54,925 bases of DNA from Chloroflexota bacterium. GTDB taxonomy: Bacteria; Chloroflexota; Dehalococcoidia; Lucifugimonadales; VXLM01. Location of the stretch: contig JAPOPA010000333.1 in assembly GCA_026713145.1 (NCBI GenBank), positions 1 to 54,925 of the forward strand, read 5' to 3'. Under the pieces are notes generated by a model. It had not been told where the DNA came from and did no database searches. It was given only the letters and a program-made list of their open reading frames with translations. The first letter of the stretch is position 1. Each line of letters opens with the position of its first letter. A program made the translations under genes and the position numbers. Shown here piece after piece: positions 28,282 to 38,812 of this stretch.

Positions 28282-29244
28282 ATGAGAGAGATCGTCGTCT
28301 TCAGCGGCAGCGCGCATCCCGATCTCGCAGAGAGCATTTGCTCGTACCTGGGAGTGAAGCTGAGCCCTACCACCATCACCAGGTTCAGCAACGGCTGTCT
28401 CCAGGTCCAACTCAATGAGAATTGCCGCGAGACGGACGTATTTATCATCCAACCCCTCGTCCCGCCGGTGCACGAGCACCTGATGGAGCTTCTCCAAATG
28501 CTCGACGCTGCCCGGGGCGCGTCGGCTTCACGCGTGACCGCGGTCATTCCATACTACGGTTACGCAAGGTCGGACAAAAAGGCCGCTCCAAGAATCTCAA
28601 TTGCGGGACGCCTCACGGCCGACCTGCTGGTTACGGCGGGCGCCAACCGCGTGCTTACGATGACGCTCCACGCGCCGCAGGTGCACGGGTTCTTCAGCGT
28701 GCCGGTTGATCACCTCGAAGCACTCGACATACTGGCCGGTTACTTTCGGGATCGAGACCTCTCCAACACCGTAGTGGTCTCTCCAGACTTCGGCAGGGCC
28801 AAGGACGCGGCCTACTTCGCACGGCTCCTCGGCGTGCCTGTAGCGGCAGGCAACAAGCAGCGCATCAGTGACACCGAGGTCGTCATCGATACGATCGTCG
28901 GAGATGTCGACGGCAAGGACGCCATAGTGCTCGACGAGGAGATCGCCACCGGAGGAAGCGTCCTGACGCTGCTGGACAAGCTGGGCGAGCGCGGAGTGGA
29001 ACGGAAATCGGTTGTTTGCACCCACGGATTGTTCACCGGCTCCGCACCGGAGAGATTCAGCGCAAGAAGCGACGTGACCGAGATCGTGACCACGGACACC
29101 GTCTCTGCCTACAGGGACAACGGTATCCCCAACCTCCACGTACTGTCCGTGGCTTCTCTCCTTGGAGAAGCCATGCGCCGCATCCACGTCGGCGAGTCAG
29201 TCAGCAGCCTCTTCGCCGGTCCTGAGTGGGCGACGACGAGCTGA
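28282..29244 (+). CDS. prs: ribose-phosphate pyrophosphokinase
   Basis: IVVFSGSAHPDLAESIC..ITRFSNGCLQVQL..DVFIIQP, YYGYARSDKK and VVSPDFG..DEEIATGGS motifs of PRPP synthetase. Confidence 0.95.
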   Translation: MREIVVFSGSAHPDLAESICSYLGVKLSPTTITRFSNGCLQVQLNENCRETDVFIIQPLVPPVHEHLMELLQMLDAARGASASRVTAVIPYYGYARSDKKAAPRISIAGRLTADLLVTAGANRVLTMTLHAPQVHGFFSVPVDHLEALDILAGYFRDRDLSNTVVVSPDFGRAKDAAYFARLLGVPVAAGNKQRISDTEVVIDTIVGDVDGKDAIVLDEEIATGGSVLTLLDKLGERGVERKSVVCTHGLFTGSAPERFSARSDVTEIVTTDTVSAYRDNGIPNLHVLSVASLLGEAMRRIHVGESVSSLFAGPEWATTS

Positions 29245-29271
29245 TGCCGGAGCTGTCTACCTGAGGAACGC

Positions 29272-30066
29272 TTAGCTTCCGGGCTCCAGTTCCGATTCGA
29301 AAAGCGACGGTCGGCCGAAGGAATGCGGGGCTGACGGCCTGCTGAACAGCAATCTTTGTCGCTCGGTCAGTTGAACGGCCTTCGGGGGAACGGCCTGGTG
29401 CCATGAGTACGCCTGGTGCGACGGCCCCATGCTGAAGAATAGCGTGCGACGCTGGTGACTGCCGCGCCACGGCGCCGTCCCGTGCAGGAGCGCCTCCGTG
29501 AAAATCGACACCGACCCGGCCTTAACCTCCGGCACGTCGATTCCGAAGCCCTCCGTCGCCTCCTTGATTTCGTCCGGCACTTGAAAGTTCGACTTGTGGC
29601 TTCCTGGCAGCGCCATGAAGCCTCCGAGGTCGCCGCCCGAGTCAGTCAGGTTCCACGCCATGTTGGTGAGCCCGCTACGAATCTTCCCGTCGCGCACGTA
29701 GTAGTAGTCGGTCTGCACGAATGGCACGACTCCCCCATGTAGGTGGAGCGCCTTTGCTCCGGCATTGGCCCACGCCCCCCAGAAGTGGTCGATACGGAAC
29801 CCGTCTCCCATGATCATCCTCAACACGGGCATGACTTTCGGATGGTCGAGCACCTTCGTGAACGCCTGGCCCCATTCGAGGAATCCCGCTCCCTCTTCTC
29901 CCGCGCCGCCACCGGGCAACGTGCCGGAAACTTCCTCCGTCGACGTGTGGCCGCTATCGTTGATGAGGCGATTCAACTCCGCCACCTCGTTGTCGGCCAA
30001 AACGTCCTCGATGACAAGGAATCCATGCAAATCGAACAAGTACTTCTGGATATCCGGGCTGGTCAC
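29272..30066 (-). CDS. phytanoyl-CoA dioxygenase (PhyH) family Fe(II)/2-oxoglutarate oxygenase
   Basis: YLFDLHGFLVIEDVL N-terminus, ALPGSHKSNF and FTEALLHGTAPW motifs. Start set to the GTG at 30066 (AGGAG 9 nt upstream) rather than the TTG at 30138. Confidence 0.7.
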   Translation of the reverse strand: MTSPDIQKYLFDLHGFLVIEDVLADNEVAELNRLINDSGHTSTEEVSGTLPGGGAGEEGAGFLEWGQAFTKVLDHPKVMPVLRMIMGDGFRIDHFWGAWANAGAKALHLHGGVVPFVQTDYYYVRDGKIRSGLTNMAWNLTDSGGDLGGFMALPGSHKSNFQVPDEIKEATEGFGIDVPEVKAGSVSIFTEALLHGTAPWRGSHQRRTLFFSMGPSHQAYSWHQAVPPKAVQLTERQRLLFSRPSAPHSFGRPSLFESELEPGS

Positions 30067-30353
30067 GGCGGTATCTCCTGCGAATCCGTGGTCTGAGGCG
30101 GCACCGGTTAGAATACTCCCGCGAGAGCGACACCTCAATAGGGAGGCATTCGTGCAACCGGTTCATTCCAGTAGGAGGCATCGAAACTAAATGTTCCAGA
30201 TAGAGCTTGATAACACGTCACCTGACGGGAATACGAGTGATGAAATCGACAGTTGCCTGGCTTTTCGAAAATGAAGTCGCAATCTCTACTGCAGTGTGAT
30301 AACGTCAGAGAAGCAACCTTGCAGGTATTGAGCATTTAGAGAAAGGAAGGAAG

Positions 30354-31724
30354 ATGAAAATGCGTAAGCCAAGGTCGATTGACCGTCACCTCCGTACAAT
30401 TGGCGCCCTTCCTCTGATACTTCTGCTTTTCCTCACTGCCTGCAACACCGGCGGCGATTCGACATCAGTCTCGCCCACAAGGGAGGTGGCAACCCCCACT
30501 CCCGAAGCCTCGGCCCGCACCGCGTCGGCACCCCCAACCCCGACCGCGATCCCAACTGAGACCGTGCCGACGGGTTCACCCGACCCGGAGCGAACGGCGC
30601 TGACGGCCCTCTACGATGCCACGGACGGGGCCGACTGGAAGATAAACGACGGTTGGCTTGGCGACGGCGGTCTTGACAAATGGCTACGTGTGACTACAGA
30701 CGAGAATGGCCAAGTTACGGGTCTGGACCTCGGGTCCAACCAGTTGACCGGGGAGATACCGGCGGAACTGAGTAACCTCTCTCGCTTGGAACTGCTCTAC
30801 ATCAGTGACAACAACTTGACCGGAGCGCTTCCGCAAAGTTTAACGGGAATATCAGGGCTGGAGACCTTCCACTTCCACAATAACCCGGGTCTATGCGCCC
30901 CAATTGACGAGACTTTCCAAGCATGGTTACGCGGAATTGCCGAAGTACGCGGCAGCAGTTGCGCACCCGAGGACTCGTTGGAAGACCGGGAGGTGCTGGT
31001 GCAGCTATACAACGCCCTGGACGGGGAGAACTGGAATATCAACGCCAACTGGCTGACCGAACTGCCAATCAGGCAGTGGTACGGAGTCACAAACGATGCG
31101 AGCGGACGGGTCAATGGACTCTCGCTCGATGGGAATGAGCTGACCGGGGAGCTGCCGGCGGCGTTGGGCAGCCTCTCCAACCTGCAGAGGTTGGAACTTA
31201 GCAACAACCAGCTAAGTGGCGAGATTCCGACCGAACTGGGCAGCCTCTCCAACCTGCAGAGGCTGGAACTTGGTAACAACAAGCTCACTGGCGAGATTCC
31301 GCCAGAACTGGGTAACCTCGGAAACTTGGAAATTCTGTTACTCGGTTCCAACCAGTTGACCGGAGAGATTCCGATGGAGTTGGGCAGCCTCTCCAACTTG
31401 GAAACTCTGGTCATCAAGATTAATCAGTTGACTGGGGAGATACCGAAAGAACTAAGCAACCTCTCTAACTTGCGGATTTTGGTTCTTATGGCCAACCAGT
31501 TGACTGGAGAGATACCGACTGTTCTGGGCAGTATGTCCAACCTAGTAACCCTGGAACTCAACTACAATTACTTAACCGGGGAGATACCGACGGAGTTGGT
31601 CAACCTCTCCAACCTGAATACTCTGATGCTATTCGGAAACCAGTGGAGCGGATGCATCCCAGCGAAACTGAGCGACGTCCCGAAAAGCGATTTCCACTTT
31701 GCGGGCATGCCATCCTTCTGTTAA
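30354..31724 (+). CDS. leucine-rich-repeat lipoprotein with plant-specific-type 24-residue LRRs
   Basis: Lipobox LFLTAC, Pro/Thr/Ala-rich linker, then two modules. Each opens with LxxLYxAxDGxxW..W..WxGVT..G.V.GL.L and continues with LxLxxNQLTGEIPxELGxLSNL repeats (2.5 + 7.5 copies). Confidence 0.85.
   Translation: MKMRKPRSIDRHLRTIGALPLILLLFLTACNTGGDSTSVSPTREVATPTPEASARTASAPPTPTAIPTETVPTGSPDPERTALTALYDATDGADWKINDGWLGDGGLDKWLRVTTDENGQVTGLDLGSNQLTGEIPAELSNLSRLELLYISDNNLTGALPQSLTGISGLETFHFHNNPGLCAPIDETFQAWLRGIAEVRGSSCAPEDSLEDREVLVQLYNALDGENWNINANWLTELPIRQWYGVTNDASGRVNGLSLDGNELTGELPAALGSLSNLQRLELSNNQLSGEIPTELGSLSNLQRLELGNNKLTGEIPPELGNLGNLEILLLGSNQLTGEIPMELGSLSNLETLVIKINQLTGEIPKELSNLSNLRILVLMANQLTGEIPTVLGSMSNLVTLELNYNYLTGEIPTELVNLSNLNTLMLFGNQWSGCIPAKLSDVPKSDFHFAGMPSFC
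31119..31661 (+). repeat. 72-bp tandem coding repeat (LRR units)
   Basis: The 25-mer GGGCAGCCTCTCCAACCTGCAGAGG recurs exactly at 31166 and 31238 (72-nt offset). Further diverged copies continue to about 31660. Confidence 0.8.
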
Positions 31725-31951
31725 GATGCAGGACACTGGCCTCGGCGTCTCAAAAGCAATGCTGGCGCCGAATCTCTCTCCCGGCGCGGCGGAGATTGTT
31801 GAATGGTAAGAGGCAACGCGCTGGACCATCGTTCCTCCCGTTGACGGGGACGGCGGCCAAAGCTCCTGCGAGCGGCACATCTGCTGCTTTGCAATTGATA
31901 GGGGTCCACTCACCGCTTGACCATACCCTGACAGAGGGATAGGGTTCCTTC

Positions 31952-32338
31952 ATGACCGTTTTTCGAACAATAACGCTCGTCTTGGCCGTGCTGCAGGTGC
32001 TGTTTACGGCATTCACGGGAATGGTGGGTGCCTTTGCCGACGGTGGAGACTTGTGGTCGCGGCTGCTGTTAATCGTGGTGCATCCGCTTTGCGCCGTGGC
32101 ACTACTAGTGCTGGCGGTGCTTCCAAGGCCCGCATCTGCAATGGCGTATGCCGTCGCTGCTTTGCTCGTGGGAAACATCGTCGCCGACGTGACACTCGCG
32201 CAGTTGATCGCTGTCGGCGCTGTGAAGGGGGACTGGTGGCTGCCGCTTCTGTTCTCGGTGGTCCCGGCGGTTGGCCTTGCCTACGCGCTGACCCTCGGCA
32301 TACATGGGCGAAGTTCCCCGTCTCAACCGGTAGCATGA
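31952..32338 (+). CDS. hypothetical membrane protein (about 4 TM helices)
   Basis: 128-aa hydrophobic ORF with a GAGGGA-type RBS region upstream. No family assignment. Confidence 0.5.
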   Translation: MTVFRTITLVLAVLQVLFTAFTGMVGAFADGGDLWSRLLLIVVHPLCAVALLVLAVLPRPASAMAYAVAALLVGNIVADVTLAQLIAVGAVKGDWWLPLLFSVVPAVGLAYALTLGIHGRSSPSQPVA

Positions 32339-32481
32339 GAAGACTCGCCGCTCATATCGGGAGCTTTGCACCCGATTCGGCCACAGTGAACTATCCCGCC
32401 ACCTCAACTGGATTGGTGTGGTCGGCTGGGCTAAGGTGCCGGGAATGGCCGGGATACCGTCAATAATGCGGCGTGTGATTG

Positions 32482-32510
32482 TTGACACTGGTATCCCGTG
32501 TAGATATAAT
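32482..32510 (+). promoter_or_regulatory. consensus sigma70 promoter of the rpsL (str) operon
   Basis: TTGACA (32482-32487), exactly 17 nt, TATAAT (32505-32510), about 80 nt upstream of the rpsL ATG. Confidence 0.65.
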
Positions 32511-32589
32511 ACCGCTTTGCGTGCGCCCACGTAGCGGGTAATCGCGTGTCGTAAAAGGCCCGTAGAACTTCGGAATCCCAGGATGTGAC

Positions 32590-33003
32590 ATGCCGACAAC
32601 GAACCAGCTTGTTCGAAAGGGACGAAAGACGAAGCGGAGCAAGGACAAGGCTCCCGCGCTCGGCTTCTCCTTTAATTCGCTAAAGAACCGGGGCTCTCGC
32701 GGCTCCGGCTCCCCTCAGAAACGAGGCGTATGCGTTCAGGTGAGAACCCAGACCCCCAGAAAGCCGAACTCGGCCCTGCGCAAGGTCGCGAGGGTGCGGC
32801 TCACGAACGGGATGGAGGTGACCGCCTACATCCCCGGCGAGGGCCATAACCTGCAGGAGCACTCCCTTGTCCTCATTCGTGGCGGCAGGGTACGAGACCT
32901 CCCCGGCGTGCGCTACCAGGTCATTCGCGGGGCGCTGGACGCGGCGGGAGTAGAGGACCGTAGGCGAGGTCGAAGCAAGTACGGAAGCAAGCGAAACAGC
33001 TAG
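32590..33003 (+). CDS. rpsL: 30S ribosomal protein S12
   Basis: [12 protein letters not shown]...PQKRGVC...[43 protein letters not shown]. Carries an internal insertion (see findings). Confidence 0.97.
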   Translation: MPTTNQLVRKGRKTKRSKDKAPALGFSFNSLKNRGSRGSGSPQKRGVCVQVRTQTPRKPNSALRKVARVRLTNGMEVTAYIPGEGHNLQEHSLVLIRGGRVRDLPGVRYQVIRGALDAAGVEDRRRGRSKYGSKRNS

Positions 33004-33066
33004 AACATCTAAAGTAACCTCGGAGTCGGATGACACGGGGTTGCTTTTTGTTTTGGAAGGAATGAA

Positions 33067-33537
33067 ATGGCACGACGGAGACGAGCGGAGAGGCGCCGGG
33101 TGCTACCTGATCCGAAGTACCGGAGCGTGGAACTGGCCCGGTTCATCAACAAGATCATGATCGGCGGAAAGAAGACCGTCGCACAACGGGTCGTGTACGA
33201 CGCGCTGGACATAGCCGAGCGCCAGGGAAACAGGCCCGGCATCGACATCTTCCGACAGGCCTTGGTGAACGCGACACCGGCGCTCGAGGTCCGTTCTCGC
33301 AGGGTTGGCGGCGCGACGTACCAGGTCCCCAGAGACGTCCGGCCGGAGCGGCGCGAGGCTCTGAGCATGCGCTGGATCGTTCAGACGGCCCGCAGCAGGA
33401 GTGGACGGCCTATGTCGGAGAAGCTGGCGTCGGAGTTGCTCGAGGCCTCAAGAGGCCAGGGCGACTCAGTCAGAAGAAAAGAAGAGCAGCATCGAATGGC
33501 CGAAGCGAACCGTGCTTTCGCGCACTATCGCTGGTAG
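33067..33537 (+). CDS. rpsG: 30S ribosomal protein S7
   Basis: ARRRRAERRRVLPDPKY...GGKKTVAQRVVY...EVRSRRVGGATYQVP is a typical S7. Confidence 0.97.
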   Translation: MARRRRAERRRVLPDPKYRSVELARFINKIMIGGKKTVAQRVVYDALDIAERQGNRPGIDIFRQALVNATPALEVRSRRVGGATYQVPRDVRPERREALSMRWIVQTARSRSGRPMSEKLASELLEASRGQGDSVRRKEEQHRMAEANRAFAHYRW

Positions 33538-33570
33538 GCCGCCGAGATTCGACCACCAAAGGCACACGTA

Positions 33571-35637
33571 ATGGCTACCGCAACAATGACAAGAAGCCGC
33601 TTGGACATGATCCGAAATATCGGATTCATCGCCCACATCGATGCCGGGAAGACGACTGTCACCGAGCGGGTGCTTTACTTTGCCGGTCGCATCTACAAGA
33701 TCGGAGGGGTGGACGAAGGCACCACCTCAATGGACTGGATGGCCCAGGAACGCGAACGGGGCATAACGATCACGTCCGCAGCCACCACGTGCGAGTGGAA
33801 TGACCACTCTATCAACATCATCGACACGCCGGGACACGTGGACTTCACAGCCGAGGTCGAGCGCAGCCTGCGCATTCTCGATGGCGGCGTAGTGATCTTC
33901 GACGCCGTGGCCGGCGTTCAGCCCCAGTCCGAGACCGTTTGGCGACAGGCCGATAAGTACAACGTGCCGCGCATTTGCTTCATAAATAAGATGGACAGGG
34001 TTGGCGCGGACTTCCAACGCACCATCGATTCCATTACCCAGCGGCTCCGCGGCAACCCCGTGGCCATTCAGCTCCCTATCGGGGCGGAGCATGAATTTGA
34101 GGGCATGGTCGATCTCATCGGGGAGAAGGCGTACTTCTACCAGACCGAGGGGCCGGAACCGCCCGTTGAAGGTCCTATTCCGTCGCAAATGCTCGATAGC
34201 GTAAGGGACTACCGTGAACGGCTGATTGAGAAGGTCGCCGACACGGACGATGAAATTCTCCTAAAGTACCTCGAAGGTGAGGAGATTACCGCCGAGGAAA
34301 TCGGGACAGCCCTCCGCCATGCGACTGTTACCAACGCGATCATGCCAGTGCTGTGTGGTAGCGCACTCCGGCATCGGGGCGTCCATCCGTTGCTCGACGC
34401 AATCGTCGACTATCTCCCGTCGCCGGCGGATGTACCGCCGGCAACCGGCAACATCTATGATTCCGGCGAAGAGGTGACCCGACATCCCGGTGAAGGCGAC
34501 CCCTTCGCCGCTTTGGTTTTCAAGGTCGTTGCCGATCCTTTCATCGGACGCCTAGTCTACTTCCGAGCCTACTCAGGAAGCGTGGAGTCGGGCTCGTCGG
34601 TGTTCAACTCGACGACTGGGCGCAACGAGCGCGTGGGCCGTCTCGTCATGATGCACGCCGACCGTAGGGAAGAAGTGCCCGAGGTCTACTCCGGGCAGAT
34701 CGCTGCTGCGGTCGGGCTCAAAAATGCCACAACGGGCGACACCATAAGCAATGGGGACTCGCCCGTCGTTCTCGAAACAATCACGTTCCCCGATCCGGTG
34801 ATGTCCATTGCGGTCGAGCCCAAGACTCGGGCCGATCAGGACAAACTTGCCGATGCGCTGAACAAGCTCGCTGGCGAAGACCCAACGCTGAGGGTCTCTT
34901 ACAACGACGAATTGGGCCAGACCATCATGTCGGGTATGGGCGAGCTTCACCTCGAGATCATCGTCGATCGCATTCGGCGCGAGTACAGGGTAGAAGGAAA
35001 CATCGGAAAGCCGCGCGTGGCCTACCGAGAAACGATAGGCAGGCCGGCGAAGGCCGAGGGCCGTCTCGTCCGCCAGACGGGTGGGCACGGGCAGTTCGCA
35101 CATGTCGTCTTGGAGATCGAGCCTCTCGAACGAGGCGCAGGCTTCGTATTCGAAGACAAGGTGAGGGGTGGGGCCGTTCCGCGCGAGTTCATTCCTGCCG
35201 TCTCAAAGGGCATTCAGGACGCCTTGGGCGCAGGCCCGCTTTCGGGCTTCCCGGTAGTCGATCTAAAGGCGACGTTAGTGGACGGCACGGCTCACGAGGG
35301 CGACTCGTCGGAGATTGCCTTCCGTGTCGCCGGTTCAATGGGCGCGAAGGCCGCCATCTCCAAGGCGAAGCCGATGCTCCTCGAACCGGTGATGGCCCTT
35401 GAGGTCGTTACGCCAGGCGAGTTCCTCGGCGACATCCTCGCCGACCTCGGTCGACGCAGGGCCGATATTAAGGGCATCGAGGGACAGGGTGATATCCAGG
35501 TCGTGAAGGCCAACATTCCGCTTGGCGAAATGTTCGGATACGCGAATACGATGCGCTCGCTAACGCAGGGGCGTGCCGCCCATTCGATGGAATTCGACAG
35601 CTACCAGCAGGCCCCCGAAGGGGTGGATACGCAATAG
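33571..35637 (+). CDS. fusA: translation elongation factor G
   Basis: [16 protein letters not shown] (G1), DTPGHVDF (G3), NKMD (G4). 688 aa. Located after rpsG. Confidence 0.97.
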   Translation: MATATMTRSRLDMIRNIGFIAHIDAGKTTVTERVLYFAGRIYKIGGVDEGTTSMDWMAQERERGITITSAATTCEWNDHSINIIDTPGHVDFTAEVERSLRILDGGVVIFDAVAGVQPQSETVWRQADKYNVPRICFINKMDRVGADFQRTIDSITQRLRGNPVAIQLPIGAEHEFEGMVDLIGEKAYFYQTEGPEPPVEGPIPSQMLDSVRDYRERLIEKVADTDDEILLKYLEGEEITAEEIGTALRHATVTNAIMPVLCGSALRHRGVHPLLDAIVDYLPSPADVPPATGNIYDSGEEVTRHPGEGDPFAALVFKVVADPFIGRLVYFRAYSGSVESGSSVFNSTTGRNERVGRLVMMHADRREEVPEVYSGQIAAAVGLKNATTGDTISNGDSPVVLETITFPDPVMSIAVEPKTRADQDKLADALNKLAGEDPTLRVSYNDELGQTIMSGMGELHLEIIVDRIRREYRVEGNIGKPRVAYRETIGRPAKAEGRLVRQTGGHGQFAHVVLEIEPLERGAGFVFEDKVRGGAVPREFIPAVSKGIQDALGAGPLSGFPVVDLKATLVDGTAHEGDSSEIAFRVAGSMGAKAAISKAKPMLLEPVMALEVVTPGEFLGDILADLGRRRADIKGIEGQGDIQVVKANIPLGEMFGYANTMRSLTQGRAAHSMEFDSYQQAPEGVDTQ

Positions 35638-35678
35638 GACGGGCCGGCGCCTAAAGGCAGGCCGGACTTAGGTGACAA

Positions 35679-35996
35679 ATGACGACAGGGACGAGCCAGA
35701 AAATAAGAATAATTCTCAAGGCGTTCGATCATCGAATCCTCGATCAGTCCGCGACGCACATCGTGGAGGCCGCCGAGCGCACGGGCGCACAGGTCGCGGG
35801 TCCGATTCCGCTGCCGACCAGCATCAAGCGCTTCTGCGTGATCCGGTCTCCGCACGTCTTCAAGAACTCGCGGGAACATTTCGAGATTCGCACTCACAAT
35901 AGGCTGATAGACATCTTGGAGCCGACCTCCAAGACCGTCGACTCTCTCACGCGGCTGAACGTCCCCGCCGGAGTGGATATTTCAATCAAGGTATAG
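35679..35996 (+). CDS. rpsJ: 30S ribosomal protein S10
   Basis: [17 protein letters not shown]...GPIPLPT...[22 protein letters not shown] is a typical S10. Confidence 0.97.
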   Translation: MTTGTSQKIRIILKAFDHRILDQSATHIVEAAERTGAQVAGPIPLPTSIKRFCVIRSPHVFKNSREHFEIRTHNRLIDILEPTSKTVDSLTRLNVPAGVDISIKV

Positions 35997-36051
35997 AGGA
36001 TTAGCGCGACGCATCCTGAGGGATGTCCGTGCAAGATAAACGACGAGAACC

Positions 36052-36678
36052 ATGAGCATACAAGCGCTGATAGGAAAGAAGATAGGGACGACGCAGGTGT
36101 TTAGAGAAGACACCGGAGAGGCCGTTTGCGTGACCGCAATCGAGGCCGGACCGTGCACTGTGACGCAGATCAAGTCTTCGGACACGGACGGCTACGAGGC
36201 AGTCCAGATTGGTTTCGAGGAAATCAAGCGTCGGAACAAACCGGAGATGGGACACCTCGATAAGTCCGGCGATAAGCTCTTTCGTCACCTTCGAGAGGTG
36301 AGGGCCGCCGACCTTGCTGCCTTGGAAGTCGGCCAGCAATTCGATGCGGGGCTGTTCACGGAGGGCGAATCGATAAACGTCACCGGCGTCACGAAGGGCC
36401 GGGGATTTGCGGGCGTGGTCAGGCGACATGGTTTCAAGGGCGGCCCGAAAACGCACGGGCAGTCCGACCGACATCGCGCGCCTGGATCGATCGGTGCAGG
36501 CACCACTCCCGGGAAGGTGCTGAAAGGCCAACGTATGGCCGGACGAATGGGTGGAGACACGGTGACGACGAAAAACCTCGAGGTTATGAAGTCCGATCCC
36601 GACAGCCGTCTCGTGCTCGTGAAAGGCTCCGTTCCCGGAGCAAGAAATGCCCTGCTGGTACTCACCAAGCGGGGATAG
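36052..36678 (+). CDS. rplC: 50S ribosomal protein L3
   Basis: GKKIGTTQVF...VTGVTKGRGFAGVVRRHGFKGGPKTHGQSDRHRAPGSIG is a typical L3. Confidence 0.97.
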   Translation: MSIQALIGKKIGTTQVFREDTGEAVCVTAIEAGPCTVTQIKSSDTDGYEAVQIGFEEIKRRNKPEMGHLDKSGDKLFRHLREVRAADLAALEVGQQFDAGLFTEGESINVTGVTKGRGFAGVVRRHGFKGGPKTHGQSDRHRAPGSIGAGTTPGKVLKGQRMAGRMGGDTVTTKNLEVMKSDPDSRLVLVKGSVPGARNALLVLTKRG

Positions 36679-36691
36679 ACAGAGAATCACT

Positions 36692-37348
36692 GTGAATATT
36701 GAAGTCAAGAATATAAGAGGCGAGTCGGTCGAAGAGATCGAGATCCAGGACGACGTATTCGGAGTACCGATGAACGCGGTGCTCGTGCATCAAGTGGTCG
36801 TAGGCCAACTGGCAAACGCGCGCCAAGGTACGGCCAAGGCGAAGACACGCAGCGAGGTATCCGGCGGCGGCAGGAAGCCTTGGCCACAGAAGCATACCGG
36901 TCGTTCACGCCAAGGATCCATCCGCTCTCCCCTCTGGAAGGGTGGAGGCGTCACCTTCGGACCTGCTCCGAGGAGCTACCGTCAGCGGACACCAAAGAAG
37001 GTGCGTCGCGCTGCCATTCGTATGACGCTGTCGGACAAGGTGCGGGCGGGAAATCTCATCGTCCTCGAATCGCTGGCGCTGGACAGCCCAAAGACGAAGG
37101 ACTTCGTGGCGATGATGCAGGCGCTCGGCCTGGAGCGGTCCGTTCTCCTCGTCGGAGACGGTGCCGATCATAACGCGCTCCGCGCAGGTCGCAACGTGCA
37201 GGGCGTGGACATGCTGCCGGCTGATCTGCTGAACGCCGTAGATGTGCTGAACCACCGAACTCTCATCATGACGCTGGACGCCATTCGGAAGGCGGAGGCC
37301 CTCTGGGGTTCGCCTGTCATTGATGAGGTCGAGGCGGAAGCGGCCTAG
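36692..37348 (+). CDS. rplD: 50S ribosomal protein L4
   Basis: GGGRKPWPQKHTGRSRQGSIRSPLWKGGGVTFGP. Start set to the GTG at 36692 (VNIEVKN...) rather than the overlapping track start. Confidence 0.93.
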   Translation: MNIEVKNIRGESVEEIEIQDDVFGVPMNAVLVHQVVVGQLANARQGTAKAKTRSEVSGGGRKPWPQKHTGRSRQGSIRSPLWKGGGVTFGPAPRSYRQRTPKKVRRAAIRMTLSDKVRAGNLIVLESLALDSPKTKDFVAMMQALGLERSVLLVGDGADHNALRAGRNVQGVDMLPADLLNAVDVLNHRTLIMTLDAIRKAEALWGSPVIDEVEAEAA

Positions 37349-37363
37349 ATCAGGAACCTTATC

Positions 37364-37648
37364 ATGCACCCATTTCAAATACTGCGAAGACCGGTAATTA
37401 CTGAAAAGAGCACCTTGCTCAGCGAGCAGGGTCGTTACGTGTTCGAGGTCGCGAAGAACGCGACTAAGCACGATATCAAAAGGGCAGTCGAAGACGCATT
37501 CGACGTCACGGTCGTTCGCGTAAACACGATGGCCGTCAAGGGCAAGCGCAAACGGTTCGGGCCGAGGTTCACGACCCTGAGGTCGTGGAAGAAGGCAATC
37601 GTAACGCTCGCGCCAGGCGATTCAATCACGCTGTTTGAGGGAGTATAG
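37364..37648 (+). CDS. rplW: 50S ribosomal protein L23
   Basis: ILRRPVITEKSTLL...FEVAKNATKHDIKRAVE...WKKAIVTL is a typical L23. Confidence 0.96.
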   Translation: MHPFQILRRPVITEKSTLLSEQGRYVFEVAKNATKHDIKRAVEDAFDVTVVRVNTMAVKGKRKRFGPRFTTLRSWKKAIVTLAPGDSITLFEGV

Positions 37649-38479
37649 ATGCCGCTGCGAAAGCTGAATCCGACCAGTCCCGGACAGCGGGGAACGATTC
37701 TTCAGACTTCTGACGACCTTACGAGCACTCGTCCGAAGAAATCACTCCTCAAGCCGATGAAGAAACGTGCGGGTCGTAATAACAAGGGCCGCATCACCGT
37801 TCGTCACCGGGGTGGCGGCCACAAGCGCCGCCTGCGCGTGATCGACTTCAAGCGCAACAAGCCGAACGTCCCCGGCGAGGTGGTCACGATCGAGTACGAC
37901 CCTAACCGGTCGTCTCGGATCGCGCTCATCAAGTACGCCGACGGAGATTGGCGCTACATTCTGGCGCCTGTAGGGCTGAAGGTGGGAGATACTATCGTGT
38001 CCGGTGAGCGCGCGGAGATCCGGCCGGGCAACGCGCTTCCTCTGAGGTCGATTCCGAACGGTACGCTCGTTCACAATGTCGAGTTGAAGGTGGGCCGGGG
38101 CGCGCAGATCGTCCGCAGCGCCGGGGCATCCGCCCAGGTTATGGCCAAGGAGGGCAGCTACGCGCTCCTGAAGCTCCCGTCGGGCGAGATGCGACAGGTG
38201 CTGAGCGAATGCATGGCCACCGTCGGGCAGGTCGGTCTCGTAGACCACAAGAACGTCAAGCTCGGTAAGGCCGGTCGAAGCAGGCATCGGGGCCGACGCC
38301 CGCAGGTGCGCGGCGTCGTGATGTCGCCCGCCGATCATCCGCACGGCGGCGGCGAGGGACGCTCCCCTATCGGTATGCCTTCACCGAAGACACCGTGGGG
38401 CAAGCCCGCCCTGGGCTACCGCACACGACGCAACAAGTCTTCCAGCAAGTTTATCGTGAAGAGAAGGTACGAAAAGTAG
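37649..38479 (+). CDS. rplB: 50S ribosomal protein L2
   Basis: [19 protein letters not shown]...[14 protein letters not shown]...[13 protein letters not shown] is a typical L2. Confidence 0.97.
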   Translation: MPLRKLNPTSPGQRGTILQTSDDLTSTRPKKSLLKPMKKRAGRNNKGRITVRHRGGGHKRRLRVIDFKRNKPNVPGEVVTIEYDPNRSSRIALIKYADGDWRYILAPVGLKVGDTIVSGERAEIRPGNALPLRSIPNGTLVHNVELKVGRGAQIVRSAGASAQVMAKEGSYALLKLPSGEMRQVLSECMATVGQVGLVDHKNVKLGKAGRSRHRGRRPQVRGVVMSPADHPHGGGEGRSPIGMPSPKTPWGKPALGYRTRRNKSSSKFIVKRRYEK

Positions 38480-38519
38480 TACAGACCCGGCCGTAAGGGC
38501 CAGGTCGGAGAAGGGTTAT

Positions 38520-38807
38520 ATGTCGAGGTCGACGAAAAAGGGGCCGTACGTCCACCCCAAACTGGCGAAAAAAGTTGAGGCAGCCCGGCGAAGCAACAGC
38601 AAGGTGCCCATCCGAACGTGGTCTCGGGCATCTACGATCATGCCGGACATGCTCGGACTCACTATCGCTGTGCATGACGGGCGTCGGCACATCCCCGTCT
38701 TCGTGACGGAAAACATGGTCGGTCACAAGCTCGGCGAGTTCGCCCCGACGAGGACATTCCGGGGTCACGGCTCGTCGAAGTCGGAACGAACGACATCCGT
38801 GAGGTAA
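38520..38807 (+). CDS. rpsS: 30S ribosomal protein S19
   Basis: [10 protein letters not shown]...[48 protein letters not shown]. Confidence 0.97.
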   Translation: MSRSTKKGPYVHPKLAKKVEAARRSNSKVPIRTWSRASTIMPDMLGLTIAVHDGRRHIPVFVTENMVGHKLGEFAPTRTFRGHGSSKSERTTSVR

Positions 38808-38812
38808 ACACC

